Below are positions 47,101-59,286 of a DNA stretch of 64,000 nucleotides, in pieces. How positions within the stretch are numbered: the stretch's first letter is position 1; the number at the start of each line of letters is the position of its first letter. A program made the position numbers and the translations under genes. Origin of the DNA: Azolla caroliniana. Lineage: Eukaryota; Plantae; Polypodiophyta. Below the pieces are notes generated by a model. That model saw nothing but the letters and a program-made list of their open reading frames with translations. It was not told the origin of the DNA and ran no database searches. The DNA is taken from the NCBI GenBank assembly GCA_043228905.1, contig JBHGNT010000007.1, forward strand, positions 12,524,001 through 12,588,000, written 5' to 3'.

Positions 47101-49530
47101 GCAATTACACCGATCTACCCGCCAAAAGAACCCTGTTGTGTGGTTCTGTTACAATGAGTACATGGCGCATCATTATGCGTACATGACGCGTGTAGCGGAA
47201 GTGCGTGAGCCGGAGAGCTATGCAGAAGCGGCGAAGGACACGAATTGGCGTGCCGCAATGGAGGAAGAGATGCGCGCACTGGCTGAAAATGAAACCTGGG
47301 ACCTGATTGACGCACCGACGGGTGTAAAGACGATCAGATGCATGTGGGTGTACAAGGTCAAGTACAACACTGACGGCTCGATCAATCGATACAAGGCCCG
47401 GTTAGTAGCGAAAGGCTACGCGCAGAAACACGGCATCGACTACGGTGAGACGTTTGCGCCGGTCGCGAAGATGACGATCGTCTGTGTTTTGCTCGCGGTA
47501 GCTGCGGCAAAGGGATGGCACTTACATCAGATGGATGTAAAGAATGCATTCCTGCAAGGTGAGCCAAGCCCCGCGTGCTTGGAACGCGAAGATCACGCAA
47601 CGATTGCATCGGATGAGCTTTGCGACATCAAAATCGGACTCCTCACTGTTCATTTGGAAAGGTCGACTCGGGTCGGTTAGTATTTTGCTTTATGTTGATG
47701 ACTTAGTCATCATCGGCGCCAACCTAAGTGAAATCAACCGCGTGAAGCTCCAGCTTGCGGCATCATTTGACATGAAGGATCTGGGGGACCTTCATTACTT
47801 CCTCGGGATCGAAGTGATCCGCACCCCCTAAGGCATACTGATCAGCCAACGACATTATGTGTTGAGTATGCTCTTCAAATTCGAGATGGCCGACTGTCGG
47901 TCCATCTCGACTCCTCTTGATAGAACCGTCAAGCTTCGCCCCAATTCCGGAACGGTATGCGACCCGACGAGGTTCCGACAGATAGTCGGAAGCCTTATAT
48001 ACGTGACCATCACCCGACCAGATCTCAGCTACCCCGTCGGGGTGATTAGTCAATTCATGGCGCAAACTACCGAGGAGCACCTTTAGTGTGCGCAACATAT
48101 ACTTCGGTATGTAAGCAACACTAAGGATCGGGGGCTACTATATCGGGCCTATACTGCCGCGCAGTTGGTCGGTTACACCGATGCTAATTGGGCCGGAAAC
48201 GCCGGCGATCGCCGATCCACGTCCGGTTTTGCGTTCTCTCTTGGGATTGTCGTGATCGTGTGGAGTAGCAAGAAACAATCGACAGTTGCGTTGTCGAGCA
48301 TTGAAACTGAGTATCAAGGAGCGGCTGTCGCGACATCCGAAGCCATATGGTTGAAGCGACTACTTAAGGATTTGCAAGTGGAGGTATCTGATCCAACGAC
48401 AATCTACTACGACAACCTCAGCAGCATCCAGCTAGCTAAGAACCCCATTTTCCACGCCCGGACTAAGCACATTGAGGTGCACTACCATTTTGTTCGCGGG
48501 GGTGTACTCTCCGGTGAAGTCGAACTTCAGTATGTTCCGACGGATCGGAAGACCACCAACATCTTCACCAAGCCTCTTGGTCTGGACAAGTTGCGGCAAT
48601 TCTCGGGTGCGCTTGGGTTGCATCACCTCGACGTGCCGAACTTGAGGGGGAGAGAAGACGTCCCGAATGACCACGGAAGGGGGAGAGAAGTTCCAGAAGA
48701 CCGTGACGGCGAGTTGGATGACGAATCCGATTTCGGATCAGCTGAAGAAACCGAGGGCGGATCCACGGAAGAGTCCGAAAGCGGACATAAGGGGAGCAGT
48801 TGAAAGGAAGAGCCGAAGCCAACCAAGCGTGGGTGAGACGAAGCCATCAAGGGCCAGAAGACCGCAGACGAATTGGAGACAGCCAACTTGGACGAGAGTG
48901 AAAACCGATCAAAGGAAGCCGAGTCGGTTCAGATGTTTGATTCGGATACGCTGAATCAACCAAGGGCCAAGCGGAAGAGAAGGCAGCAGAAGAGGCGCCA
49001 ACACCACAATAGCAAGTTGAGAAGGGTCATGTGAGCAGACAAGCCGACCGGAAGGGTCGAGGAGCGCGAGCAAGGCGTGAAGCCAGAAGGAACCGGAGCG
49101 TAGATCCAGAAGAGCGGATGGAACCTCAAGTTGAGCTTGAGGGGGAGTGTTGAGATACAAGCTCAACATTGGCCGGATCGGCTATGCAAGCCGAGAACCG
49201 GATCAGTTGGGACCGATCCGGTGCGTAAAACGGACCAGTGCGTAAAAAGGCCGTTAGAGAGATATTCCTCATAAGGAATAATGTTGGGAGTGAGTGTCGA
49301 GGCTCATTTATGAGCAGTCAAGTACTGTCAGTACTTGTGTCAGCCCGATTGTCAGGGATTGTATAAAAGGTGCTCACTGAGCACGGTGTATGTACAGATT
49401 GAGTATTATTTTGAATTGAGTTTCTGTGTTCTCTCTCTGTCTCACCCACGTACTGTGTATACCCTAAGCTCTCCATTAAACCTGCGTATTTTCTATGTTC
49501 GGTTTTCTATTGCTTCTGCGTGTATTCTTT

Positions 49531-50103
49531 TGAGCCCACAGGCTATCGGTATCAAGGGGTCGTGTTACGTGGAGGCTTCTTCTACACCGAGAAGACGTTA
49601 GGGGAACGGGGAGCGTACATTGGCTACAACTTGGTAGACGTAGACGTAGCTCGGTTTACGAGTAACGTGGAGGCTTCTTCTACACTGAGAAGACGTTAGG
49701 GGAACGGGGGGGGGAGTGTACACTAGCTACAACCCGGTAGACATAGACGTAGCTCGGTTTACGAGTACATGGAAATACACAGATGAAGGAACAGTAAGAG
49801 AGAGATTTATATTAAATGAAAAAGCTCACAATGATTACAGTACAAGGCTCTCAACAAGAAACAATTTTGTGTAGAGCTCCGTGCTACGATATTAATCCTA
49901 CTAAATAATCTATGTATATCTCTCTCCCCGAGGTATGCAGGTCTCGGCTGATATAGTTTTCTTCTTTACACAAAGCCGAGCCGTCGGCTGATTCTGAGGG
50001 CTCAAAACTTGACTATTTTAGTTCTACCTATTTCCTCACCTACTTTTCTACCTACCGATGAGTTTACATATTTTGTTTTTATATTTCTGGCCTATGGACA
50101 ACA
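49531..50103 (-). mobile_element. Solo-LTR-like element (573 bp, TGTTG...GGCTCA) with an internal ~100-bp tandem duplication (49567-49767)
   Basis: TG...CA ends coincide with breakpoints in both flanking copia elements. The flanks TCTTT and ATCCT do not form a TSD. Confidence 0.6.
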
Positions 50104-50814
50104 ATCCTCGAGTGGTAGGCGGCATTTTTCGCAAGGTGGATGGCACTCTGATTATCACAGTAGAGTCAGAATTCTTCCTACCGAATTCCCAGTTCATTGA
50201 TAAACTCTTTCATCCATATGATTTCCTTGCCAACTTCCGTTGTGGCCATATACTCGACTTCCGTGGTTGACAGAGCCACGGCCTTCTGCAACTTCGATTG
50301 CCACGAGACAGCTAACCCTAGCATGAGTCATTACGTATCCAGATGTGGATCAGCTGGTATCTTCATCAGCCGACATGTCTGAATCCGTGTAACCTTCCAA
50401 TGTGGGGTTACTTGAGCCGAAACAAAGACACATATTCGAGGTGCCTCTCAGGTACTGAAGTATCCACTTCACAGTAGCCCAATGCTCTCTGTCGGGATTG
50501 CTCATATATTGGCTGACCACTCCGACTGCGTATCCTATGTCCGGCCTAGTCAAACCATTACATACATTAGGCTTCCAACTGCCGAGGCATAAGGAACCTT
50601 TTCCAACTCGGCCTTTTCTGTTCTCGATTTCGGACATTGGTCTTTACTCAACTTGTAGTTCGTCGGTAGTGTCGACCCGACCGGCTTCGCATCCGACATG
50701 TTGAACCGTTTAAGCACCTTTGTCAAGTACTTCTCTTGTGACAGCCATAGCAATTTTTTCGACCGGTCCCAGATTATGTGCATCCCCAATATCTATCTCG
50801 TCGGACCCAAATCT
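50104..50814 (-). mobile_element. Second copia family (Tnt1/Tork-like) RT end and RNase H fragment
   Basis: LWLSQEKY, VPYASAVGSLMY, TRPDIGYAVGVVS, HWATVKWILQYL, VALSTTEVEY. Confidence 0.9.
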
Positions 50815-52953
50815 TGTTGGGAATATGTCCCTCTAGTGGGAGGAGTCGACTATCTAGGAGTAGCTGACAATCGATAACTACGAGGAGCCGACTGATCGGA
50901 CCAAGGAGAGCCGATAGTCGAAGACAGGGAAGAACCGACTGTTCGGAAATAGCCGACAGTTGAAGAGTCGAAAACAAAGTCAATTGTTTGTTCTTTCTAA
51001 TAGGTTGATTATTATTATTGTACTGATAATAGTAGTGATAATATGTAGTAGGGGCTACATGTGTAAATAGCCCATACAATGTATTAGTATAAATACATTT
51101 AGGGCAAACGTGTGCGTGTGTGTGTAGAATAGAAGTAGCGCGTGAGCGTGTGAGACAAAGAGTGAGTGAGAGCGGCGCCATCGCTGTGTGCATAATAGCA
51201 ATCGCCAAGGGCCCTGCGTGGCTGATACACTCGAAGGAGTGTTGTAACATTATGTGTTGTATATCCACTATACATAGTGAAGCTCTGTTCCCGTAGTTTT
51301 CTCCCATTTTAGGGTTTCCACGTTAAAACTCTATGCACCATTGTTGTCTTGTTTTCTGGCATATCTGTGATTTGTATTTCAGCACAGTTCTCTTATTGAG
51401 ATTTGAACGAACGATTTCCCGACAAACTGGTATCAAAGCTTGAGGTGCAAGCATGGAAGGAGCTGTGAGCGGTTTCCCAGGTATGATAGTTCTAAACTCA
51501 TAGAACTATGCATACTAGAAGATAAAGATGGAAGACCTTCTCATCGTGAAAGATCTGTACGAGCCAGTCGACAGAGCAGATATACCCAAGGGCTATTGGA
51601 GTCGGATTGGAAACTTCTAAACAAAAATGCAGTGGCCACCATCCGAGAATGCGTCGACGTAAGTGTCCTTCAACATGTGGCGAATGAGACAAATGCCCAC
51701 GACATGTGGTAGAAGTTTTCGGGTCTTTATGAGAGGAAGAACGCACTGAATAAAACCTCACTGATGAGAAAAATCGTAAGGCCGAAATACAGAGGTGAGA
51801 GCATCGTCGAACACATCAACACGTTCATGGGGTATGTAAACCAACTTGCTACAACTAAGTTCCCCCTGGATGATGAGATGCAGGCCATTTTGCTGATGTG
51901 CACACTACTGAATAGCTGGGAGAACCTGGTGGTTACTCTCAGCACCTCTTGTCAAGAAGAGAACTTGTCTCTACAAACAGTGAAGACAATCATCCTAAAT
52001 GAGGAGGAAAGAAGGAAGGACAAGGGAGTCCTGGCTCAATCGGAGTCGAATGTAACACAACATTCGGATAGAGGAAGGAACCGACAAAGAAGTCCACCAA
52101 GGAGAGAAAAGTTCCAAGCCAGATCGAAGTCCAGAGCTAAGCTAGTGTGCTTACACATGAGAAAAGACAAGGGTGTCAGAAACAATGTCGAACCCAAGAA
52201 GATTCCTGATGAGAAGAACACTTCTGCCATTGCTACGAGCAATGAAGAACTATTGTTCATCTAAGAACAGACAAGTGCAAATCTTGCAAGTGAAGAATGC
52301 ACTTGGGTGATTGATTTCGGGGTATCGTTCCACATAACTCCGTCGAGAGAGTATTTCTCGACTTACATAGTCGGAGATCACGGTTATGTGAAGATGGGTG
52401 ATAGTGGAGAGTGCAAGATAACCGAAGTCGGAAGTGTCTACTTGACGACGTTGACAGGGTGTCGACTGACTCTAAAGGATGTTCGACACATCCTTGATAT
52501 CAGATTGAATTTGATATCGACTAGAAGGTTAGATGACTAAGGCTATAGTGGTAGTTTTCGGAATGGCAAGTGGAAGTTCTGCCGAGGGAATCTTATAGTG
52601 GCCCGAGCACATAAAGAAGGCACATTATATATATAATGCATGCCCGACTGTGCAAATCGGAAGTAAATGTGCCAGCCAACTCGGCAGGAGAGATATGGCA
52701 TAAGAGGCTACGCAACATGAGTGAGAAAGGCATGCACCTACTAGCCGGCCAAAAGCTTCTACTAGAAGTCAAGGGAGTGCACCTTGAGAAGTGCGTCGAC
52801 TGCTTAGTCGGAAAGCAGAGAGCAGCTTTCCACACAAGACCACCGAGAACAAGAGAAGTGCCACTGGAACTGGTGCTATGTAGATGCTCCATCGCATCAA
52901 GGTGGACAATACTTTGTCACGTTTATTGACGAATATAGTAGGAAGACATGGGC
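50815..52953 (+). mobile_element. Tnt1/Tork-like copia 5' part: LTR 50815-51424, PBS 51428-51439, gag-protease-integrase start (decayed)
   Basis: LTR TGTTGGG...CCCGACA; PBS TGGTATCAAAGC; WVIDFGVSFHIT; WHKRL; FVTFIDEYSRK. Confidence 0.92.
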
Positions 52954-53590
52954 CTGCATGGCACTCAACCATCTCGTCCTGCATGGCACTCAACCACTTG
53001 CGGCTGTGGGTGTCTTTCTTTGCTTCTTCGAAGCTTTCCGGCTCCCCCTCATTGGTCAGCAATATGTGCTCTAAACGTAGGTGAAAAAACCGAACACCTT
53101 CAAATACCGATAAGACACGTCTTTACCAGTCCATACCTTTTGCGGTGAATCTCCTTCCAAGGGTGTTGAGGGTGATTTGCTTATCACATAGGTCATTTTC
53201 ATCAGCGCCTCAGCCCAGAACGTCTTGGGTAACTTTGCATGTGCAAGCATACTTCAGACCCTTTCCATTATGGTCTGGTTCATTCTCTCGGCCTATCTGT
53301 TTAGCTCTGGTGTCTTCGGCACAATAAATTCGAGCCGGATTCCCTTCGACTGGCAGTACTCCTCGAATTGTCCCTGGTATTCGCCTCCGTTATCTACTTG
53401 AACTACCTTTAGCTTCCGGCTGGTTTCCCTTTCCACTCTCGCGTGGAGCTCCTTGAAGACGAACAACACTTGATCCTTCATCTTCAACGGTGAGACCCAC
53501 AACTTCCGGTTGTGTTCATCTATGAACGTCACGCAGTATCCGGCATGTGACTTCGTGTCCACTTGACACACATCGGTATGCACCAGCTTG
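52953..53590 (-). mobile_element. Tnt1/Tork-like copia integrase core to RT start, probably the same element as 50104-50814
   Basis: LVHTDVC, VTFIDEH, DNGGEY, PKTPELN, EPESFEEA...WLSAMQDEM. Confidence 0.88.
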
Positions 53591-55584
53591 TCACAAAAAG
53601 GGGGCCAAACTAGCAGTACAACAATGGAAGGAATCGACAACCAAAGTCGAGGAATTAGAACACCAGCTTCGGGAGGCCAACGAAAAGCTTTGAGACCCAG
53701 CCCTCCCCCCAACATCTTGGAAGAATCGGAAGCACAAACGGCGATCGTCACTAAGGCCAAGCAACCTTAGCAGAAATTGACCAACTCCGGGAGGCACTAC
53801 AACCATCAAACAGTCGAGACGTTGAACTCCAATAGCAACTCAAAAGGACTTTTAATGAGAAGACCAAGGAGTTCGACTGCGCACTATGGGCATTAACGAG
53901 GAAGAGTCGGCCGAAGCAATCAAGAAGAAGGAAGAAGAATCTGCACAAGTGCTTAAAACCGAGACAGAGAATCTCACCCAGGCCCTCCAAATTGCGAAGG
54001 CAAAGTTCAAACAACGGAAAAAAATGCACAATGTCTTCCTGATCGACCTCAACACACAACCTCAGTTGCTAGTAGACCTCCAAATTTGCGATTGGCCACA
54101 ACAAGACACCATCGAGACGTACCAACACAATTTGAAAATACCTAGTCTGCAACTACATGAGGTTGAAGCGCAAATGACAAGCAAACTAGAGCATGAATGT
54201 GATCGCTTCGATGCATGGATCAAAGAACTGATAATCGGCATGGAAGAAATGCAAGTCCAACACTACCACCACACACAAGCAATCGTCAACAAATTACAAG
54301 AACTTTAGGTGAGATCTCGGATGGGTGAAGGCAAAATCAAGCTCCTATTGTAAAGGCATCAGTAGCAGCTGGACCAGAAAATAGAACAAGCTCTGACTCG
54401 GGGATGGCAAGAATGGTTGGCACAAGCGGTCAAATTACAAATATTCTAAGCCGATCACGAAAACCAGCCAAAAGAGGGCCGAGGATTCTACAAAATGGAG
54501 GAGGATACCATCAAACTGCTCTGAGAGGACCTGTCTGTCGAATCCTGCTCCCTATGCCATGGACATCTGAAAATTGATTGAGGAATTCGAGGACGAGCAA
54601 CTCCAACTCTCCATAGAATTGGAAAAATATGAACAATAAAGAATCTAGGCCGAGGTAGAACCCGATGACCAAAGCAAAGCATAAAATGAAATCGCCATAG
54701 AAATGGAGGACCAAGAGGTAGAGGTGGTGCACGAGCCACCTATCCAAATGACGAAGGAGCAAGCCAATGGCCCAGAGGAGAACAACTCCACAACGAAGCA
54801 AACGCTGCAACCCAACGTAGAACTAACACATGCAGATAGAGAACAACAGGGGCAGTTGGAGACTAGGGCACTAGAGTAGCCGACTGCGGAATATTAACCA
54901 AAAACAATAATAGACCAACCAACCAAGGAACAACATACATTTCCGAAACACGCAGTCGAGGTTGTCATCACAGCATATGACTCACAGCAATCGCCGAGCA
55001 TCTTGCACATTTTTTACGAGGAGTAATTCACAATATTTTGGCTATGATTTTTTTAATTCGCATTATTCTTTCGATTTTTTTGTGGGTTTGACATGCAAGG
55101 CACTATGCCATTGACGTGCCAGGTATTGACCAAGTAGGACGATCGAATGTGTGAAATAGGAAACATGGAGGCCTATATAAATATTGAATGATCAAGAGAG
55201 TAAGTAGGCGGCAAGAGTATTATTTTTAGGCAAGAAGTGTATAGAGAGAGAACTCTAGCGAGAGGTCGTATTAGACCGACAATCGATCGGTACTTGTAAC
55301 TATGTGTATTCATAATCAATTACTCTTCCCTGTGGGGTAACCCTATGTGTCAAATGTCTACTCTGAAGTGTATTTATTGTCTATGCATAATCGTGAGCCT
55401 ATAATCAGTTGTAGTCGTTTCAACGGAATACCTGTTACTACATCCCTTATGAAGTTCTAGAAACGGTCCCCCAAGTGTCGTGCGGATCAAACGAGCTCGG
55501 AAGTCCACAGGAAAAGTTAACTAGGAACCCTTGGGGTTGTGTTACCTCCCTAACACCCGCATCTGGCTAAGTAAATAGTCGACA
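53590..55584 (+). mobile_element. Gypsy copy D, 3' remnant: coiled-coil extra ORF, tRNA-like motif 55080-55121, 3' LTR ~55124-55584
   Basis: Decayed E/K/Q-rich frame ending SILHIFYEE*. Motif homologous to 34725-34766. LTR with TATA CCTATATAAA and end GTCGACA. Confidence 0.7.
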
Positions 55585-55599
55585 AACAACCTGAAGTCC

Positions 55600-56850
55600 C
55601 TTCCGCCTTCCTACCACAATCACCTTGATCCGGTTACTCAGAAGTAGTAACCGAGAGTGTGTTCCTCCAAAGGGGACATAACAACCTTCCTTTCAATTGA
55701 TCATAATTAGGTGCATGTGATAACTCCATAGGATCTCTAGAGGAACTACCCCTCTCTTGCCCATGATGTTCATAAACTTTCTTTTTTTTGGTACCTTGGA
55801 TGCTTGACCTTAGAGGCCACCTTAATCCAAGATCCATCCTCATCCATTAAATCTTGTCTTCTTTCTTCAATATCCAAAATAACGACACCCTCACCTTTTT
55901 CGACATTTTCTTCACTTTTTAGCACCTCATGATCATTCTATACATACTCTGGCATTAACACATCACCATGGGAAGTATTAGTCACCTCCATTGTCAGTGT
56001 TTGTTGACATTCTGCCATGACATGGCCCAAACCACCACATCAGAAACAATGACCGCCAAATGATCCCCAATACAATTGGCAACGGAATGACCACATTTCT
56101 GAGTTTTTATGTTTAGCCACAAAGGTCTCTTTCATACCTAACCTTTATCGATCATATGCTTTGCATTTGGGGCTACTATCACCTTTCCCAATTCTTCCAT
56201 CACACCCTAAATTATAGGCCATAAAAAGGAAAATTCATACTCTACCCCCACCCATATTGGACACCCTTGTTTCAAAATTCCTTGAAACTCAACTAGTGCT
56301 CTCCAACGAACAATGTAAACTAAATTATTATTGTAAAAGACTGGTAGAAGTGATAATAATCTATCTCGTTGTTCCTTGGTTCGAAAAATGACCTCAAAAA
56401 ACTCTCATGGACCTTTCCTACCTACCATTGCATTTAGCCATTGTGCCACCCAATTTACCAAAGGATTTTTCCTTGTAAAGAAGCAAATAATGTCTCTCAT
56501 GAAACATGAAAAATGCCTTTAAAATTTCACTACGTGACATCTCCACCTCTACAATCTCATCTTCTTCTACGTTGGCCACCATATCTATAGTGTCCGGTAA
56601 AATCTCATGGAGTGCTTCATTAGCAACTACATGCATTAATTCCTAATATTGATCATTCCTCTCCTCCTCACCTTCTCCCATAACATGTGCATATGATGGT
56701 TTTGACATCATATCTATATTCACCTCATGCGTGTTATTAATGTCAATCTTTTGTTTCTTCAAAATAACATCATCTTCTCCTCTCTTGCTCTGTATTTGTT
56801 TCTCCTTTCTACATTCATCCATCCTTCCATAGATAATATGCCTCATTTAT
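55600..56850 (-). mobile_element. Decayed L1-type LINE ORF1 remnant
   Basis: CCHC remnant CF*CGGLGHVMAEC (~56005-56050) and a DUF4283-like region upstream. Many stops. Confidence 0.65.
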
Positions 56851-57035
56851 AAGGAAAAAGAAAATAATAGGAGGATAATTTACTTGGAATAGACAAGATG
56901 ACATTCAAACTTGTTGTAGAAGAACAATGGTGTTATAGCACTCACCCAATTATGTTGATATAACCAATTAGTTGTTATTTCTTCTTCGTCTTCTTCTTTT
57001 GTACTCTTATTATTCCTCTTCTTCTCCTATTTACG

Positions 57036-57068
<33 letters not shown>

Positions 57069-57149
57069 CTTTGTCCCCTTCCTCTTCGATTACTTTAGAA
57101 AACGAGAAGAACATATCTATTGTTGCTCTAGCGGCAGAGAGTTGTCATT

Positions 57150-57521
57150 GCGTGTCTCTGTCTCTTGTTCTTCTGCATTGCGAGGTGAGACGAGGCATTG
57201 GGGCACAAGTGATGAGAGTGGTCGGCTATGCACACTTTGCCCTAAACAAGTTCACGAGTCTGAGTATCACACTTTGATACAATGCTTTGCCTTTGATCAT
57301 ATTCGACCATGCTTTCCACATCTCTTCGACCGAGCCCAATCCTTGCACGAATTTCTCTCACAACCACAATGTGCACTCTCGATTGCAACATTCATTGGTG
57401 AATTTCTTGAACATCGAGAGTCACTACTCACTTTCACACATATCACATGAAATGTAATATTTTTGGTCTCATACGTCATATTTGACCTCCAAAGACGATA
57501 ATAAGAGTTATCTATCTCTCT
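57150..57521 (+). mobile_element. 5'-truncated LINE 3' end
   Basis: RLCTLC...ESEYHTLIQC zinc finger followed by the conserved 3' stem-loop and TCTA tail. Confidence 0.8.
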
Positions 57522-57665
57522 AATCTTTTTGCTCTCCTCTTTTTCCCTCCCCTCTCAATAATTTATATATGTTTAGTTTAACTCATTTACTCATGTGAGC
57601 TCTTCACATCATGACAACATCGGATATAGGTACAACAACAATATTGATGACGACTACAATAGCAA

Positions 57666-58140
57666 CAATAGTAGTAGTGGTGGCAGTAGTGGGGGTGGCG
57701 GTAACATGTGCAAGCAAGGAGGAAAGTTGGACTTAGGGCTTCCTTCAATGTGAGGGAAAGCTTGAGTCAACATTCCTCGAGCTAGAGGAAAGCTCAACGT
57801 TGAGCTCTCCTTGATTTGAGGGGAAAGCTCAAACAACCTTTTCTCAAATCCAAGAAACTAGGGAAAAAAAAAATTATGCCAAGTTACAAAATTGGCCTTC
57901 CTCAATAGTAGTAGTGGTGGCAGTAGTGGGGGTGGCGGTAACATGTGCAAGCAAGGAGGAAAGTTGGACTTAGGGCTTCCTTCAATGTGAGGGAAAGCTT
58001 GAGTCAACATTCCTCGAGCTAGAGGAAAGCTCAACGTTGAGCTCTCCTTGATTTGAGGGGAAAGCTCAAACAACCTTTTCTCAAATCCAAGAAACTAGGG
58101 GAAAAAAAAAATTATGCCAAGTTACAAAATTGGCCTTCCT
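57666..58140. repeat. Near-perfect 237-bp tandem duplication
   Basis: Units start at 57666 and 57903 and differ only in a G/A homopolymer run. Confidence 0.97.
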
Positions 58141-59286
58141 CATTCGAGGAAAATTTTGTATTTAAAATACGAATTTGGCCTTGCCTCATCATCAATTTAT
58201 CATATTAGTGTGGCAAGCCCTTTAGTGTGGTGACGCAAAATTCCTTTCCGTGAAAATTGTGGTGGCCAGTTCAACTCTTCTCGTCCAATCTATTCTTAAT
58301 ATTGAACTTAAACTTTGATGTCACAATTATCATGTTTTTTGTATGCACAAGATTCTTATTACCTTCAGCCTACAATCCTACTCATCAATCTCATGCAAGC
58401 ACATAGTTTATAAAATACCTCATGTAGAAATCATAAGCGTCGTTATACTAACATCAAATATTTCTCCTGTAAATGTGAACATCAAATATTTCTCCTGTAA
58501 ACTTGAGTCCGAAAGGGGGAAACAACATCCTGCATTCTAAAATGCTTTGCTTATGTGCATTATACAGCACAAAACTTTAAACATCCTTATCTTATAAATT
58601 TTATCAAAGCAAATTATCATTTAAAGAGATAGTAAAGCTCCTCATATTTACCAATATCCATCCACGTGACAAATCCTTTAGACGTTTAGTTGGATATATC
58701 ATGGATTTCTCCTAAAAGTTTGGTGTGTAAGAGAAGGATTGAAAACAATATTTCAATTGCCTTGATATGGCAATGCTAATGACATTAAAAAGGATCGAAA
58801 AATCAAGACAATTTTAGGTTGACTTTTTCTTTCTTGTGGTAAGCTTACAACTGACAAGTTAGAAGTCTTGGTTTTCAGGTTGAAGCCTATTTATTTAAAG
58901 TGGGTTGTCACGAACAAAGAAAACAAATTGAGACCTGATAGTGAATTAACCAACAAATTGGCAGCACGTGTAGAATTCTCAAGCAGGAATCCAATCTCTC
59001 CGAGAATCTGTACAGGCATACTTGTTGAGGCCAAGACAATAGAGACAAGTGGATCAAATGGAATTTTACTTATTCAAAAACATGATGTACTGTACAAGGA
59101 ATTACAACAATCTATATGATACATTCATTTCTTATCTGAAACACTAATTGCAAATTCTACTAGATACATAGCTGTCCCTCATAATTTACTGAGAGGAGTT
59201 TGTCAAAGGAGAAAACGACTCCATACCTCCTACCAATTAGAAGCGACCTTGATGATGAATGATCTACTAAAGTTCTTAGCATCAGG

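Larger units (their letters stand above)
39145..49530 (+). mobile_element. Ty1/copia copy 3, near full length: 5' LTR 39145-39489 plus 44328-44429 (split by a LINE), PBS 44430-44441, gag-pol ~44525-49147 (decayed), 3' LTR 49148-49530
   Basis: PBS TGGTATCAGAGC (tRNA-iMet). Motifs: CWYCGKKGHRESEC; WYVDSG; FIDDYTR; PEQNGVAERKN; LYVDD; KHIEVHYHF. PPT TTGAGGGGGAG. Confidence 0.97.
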
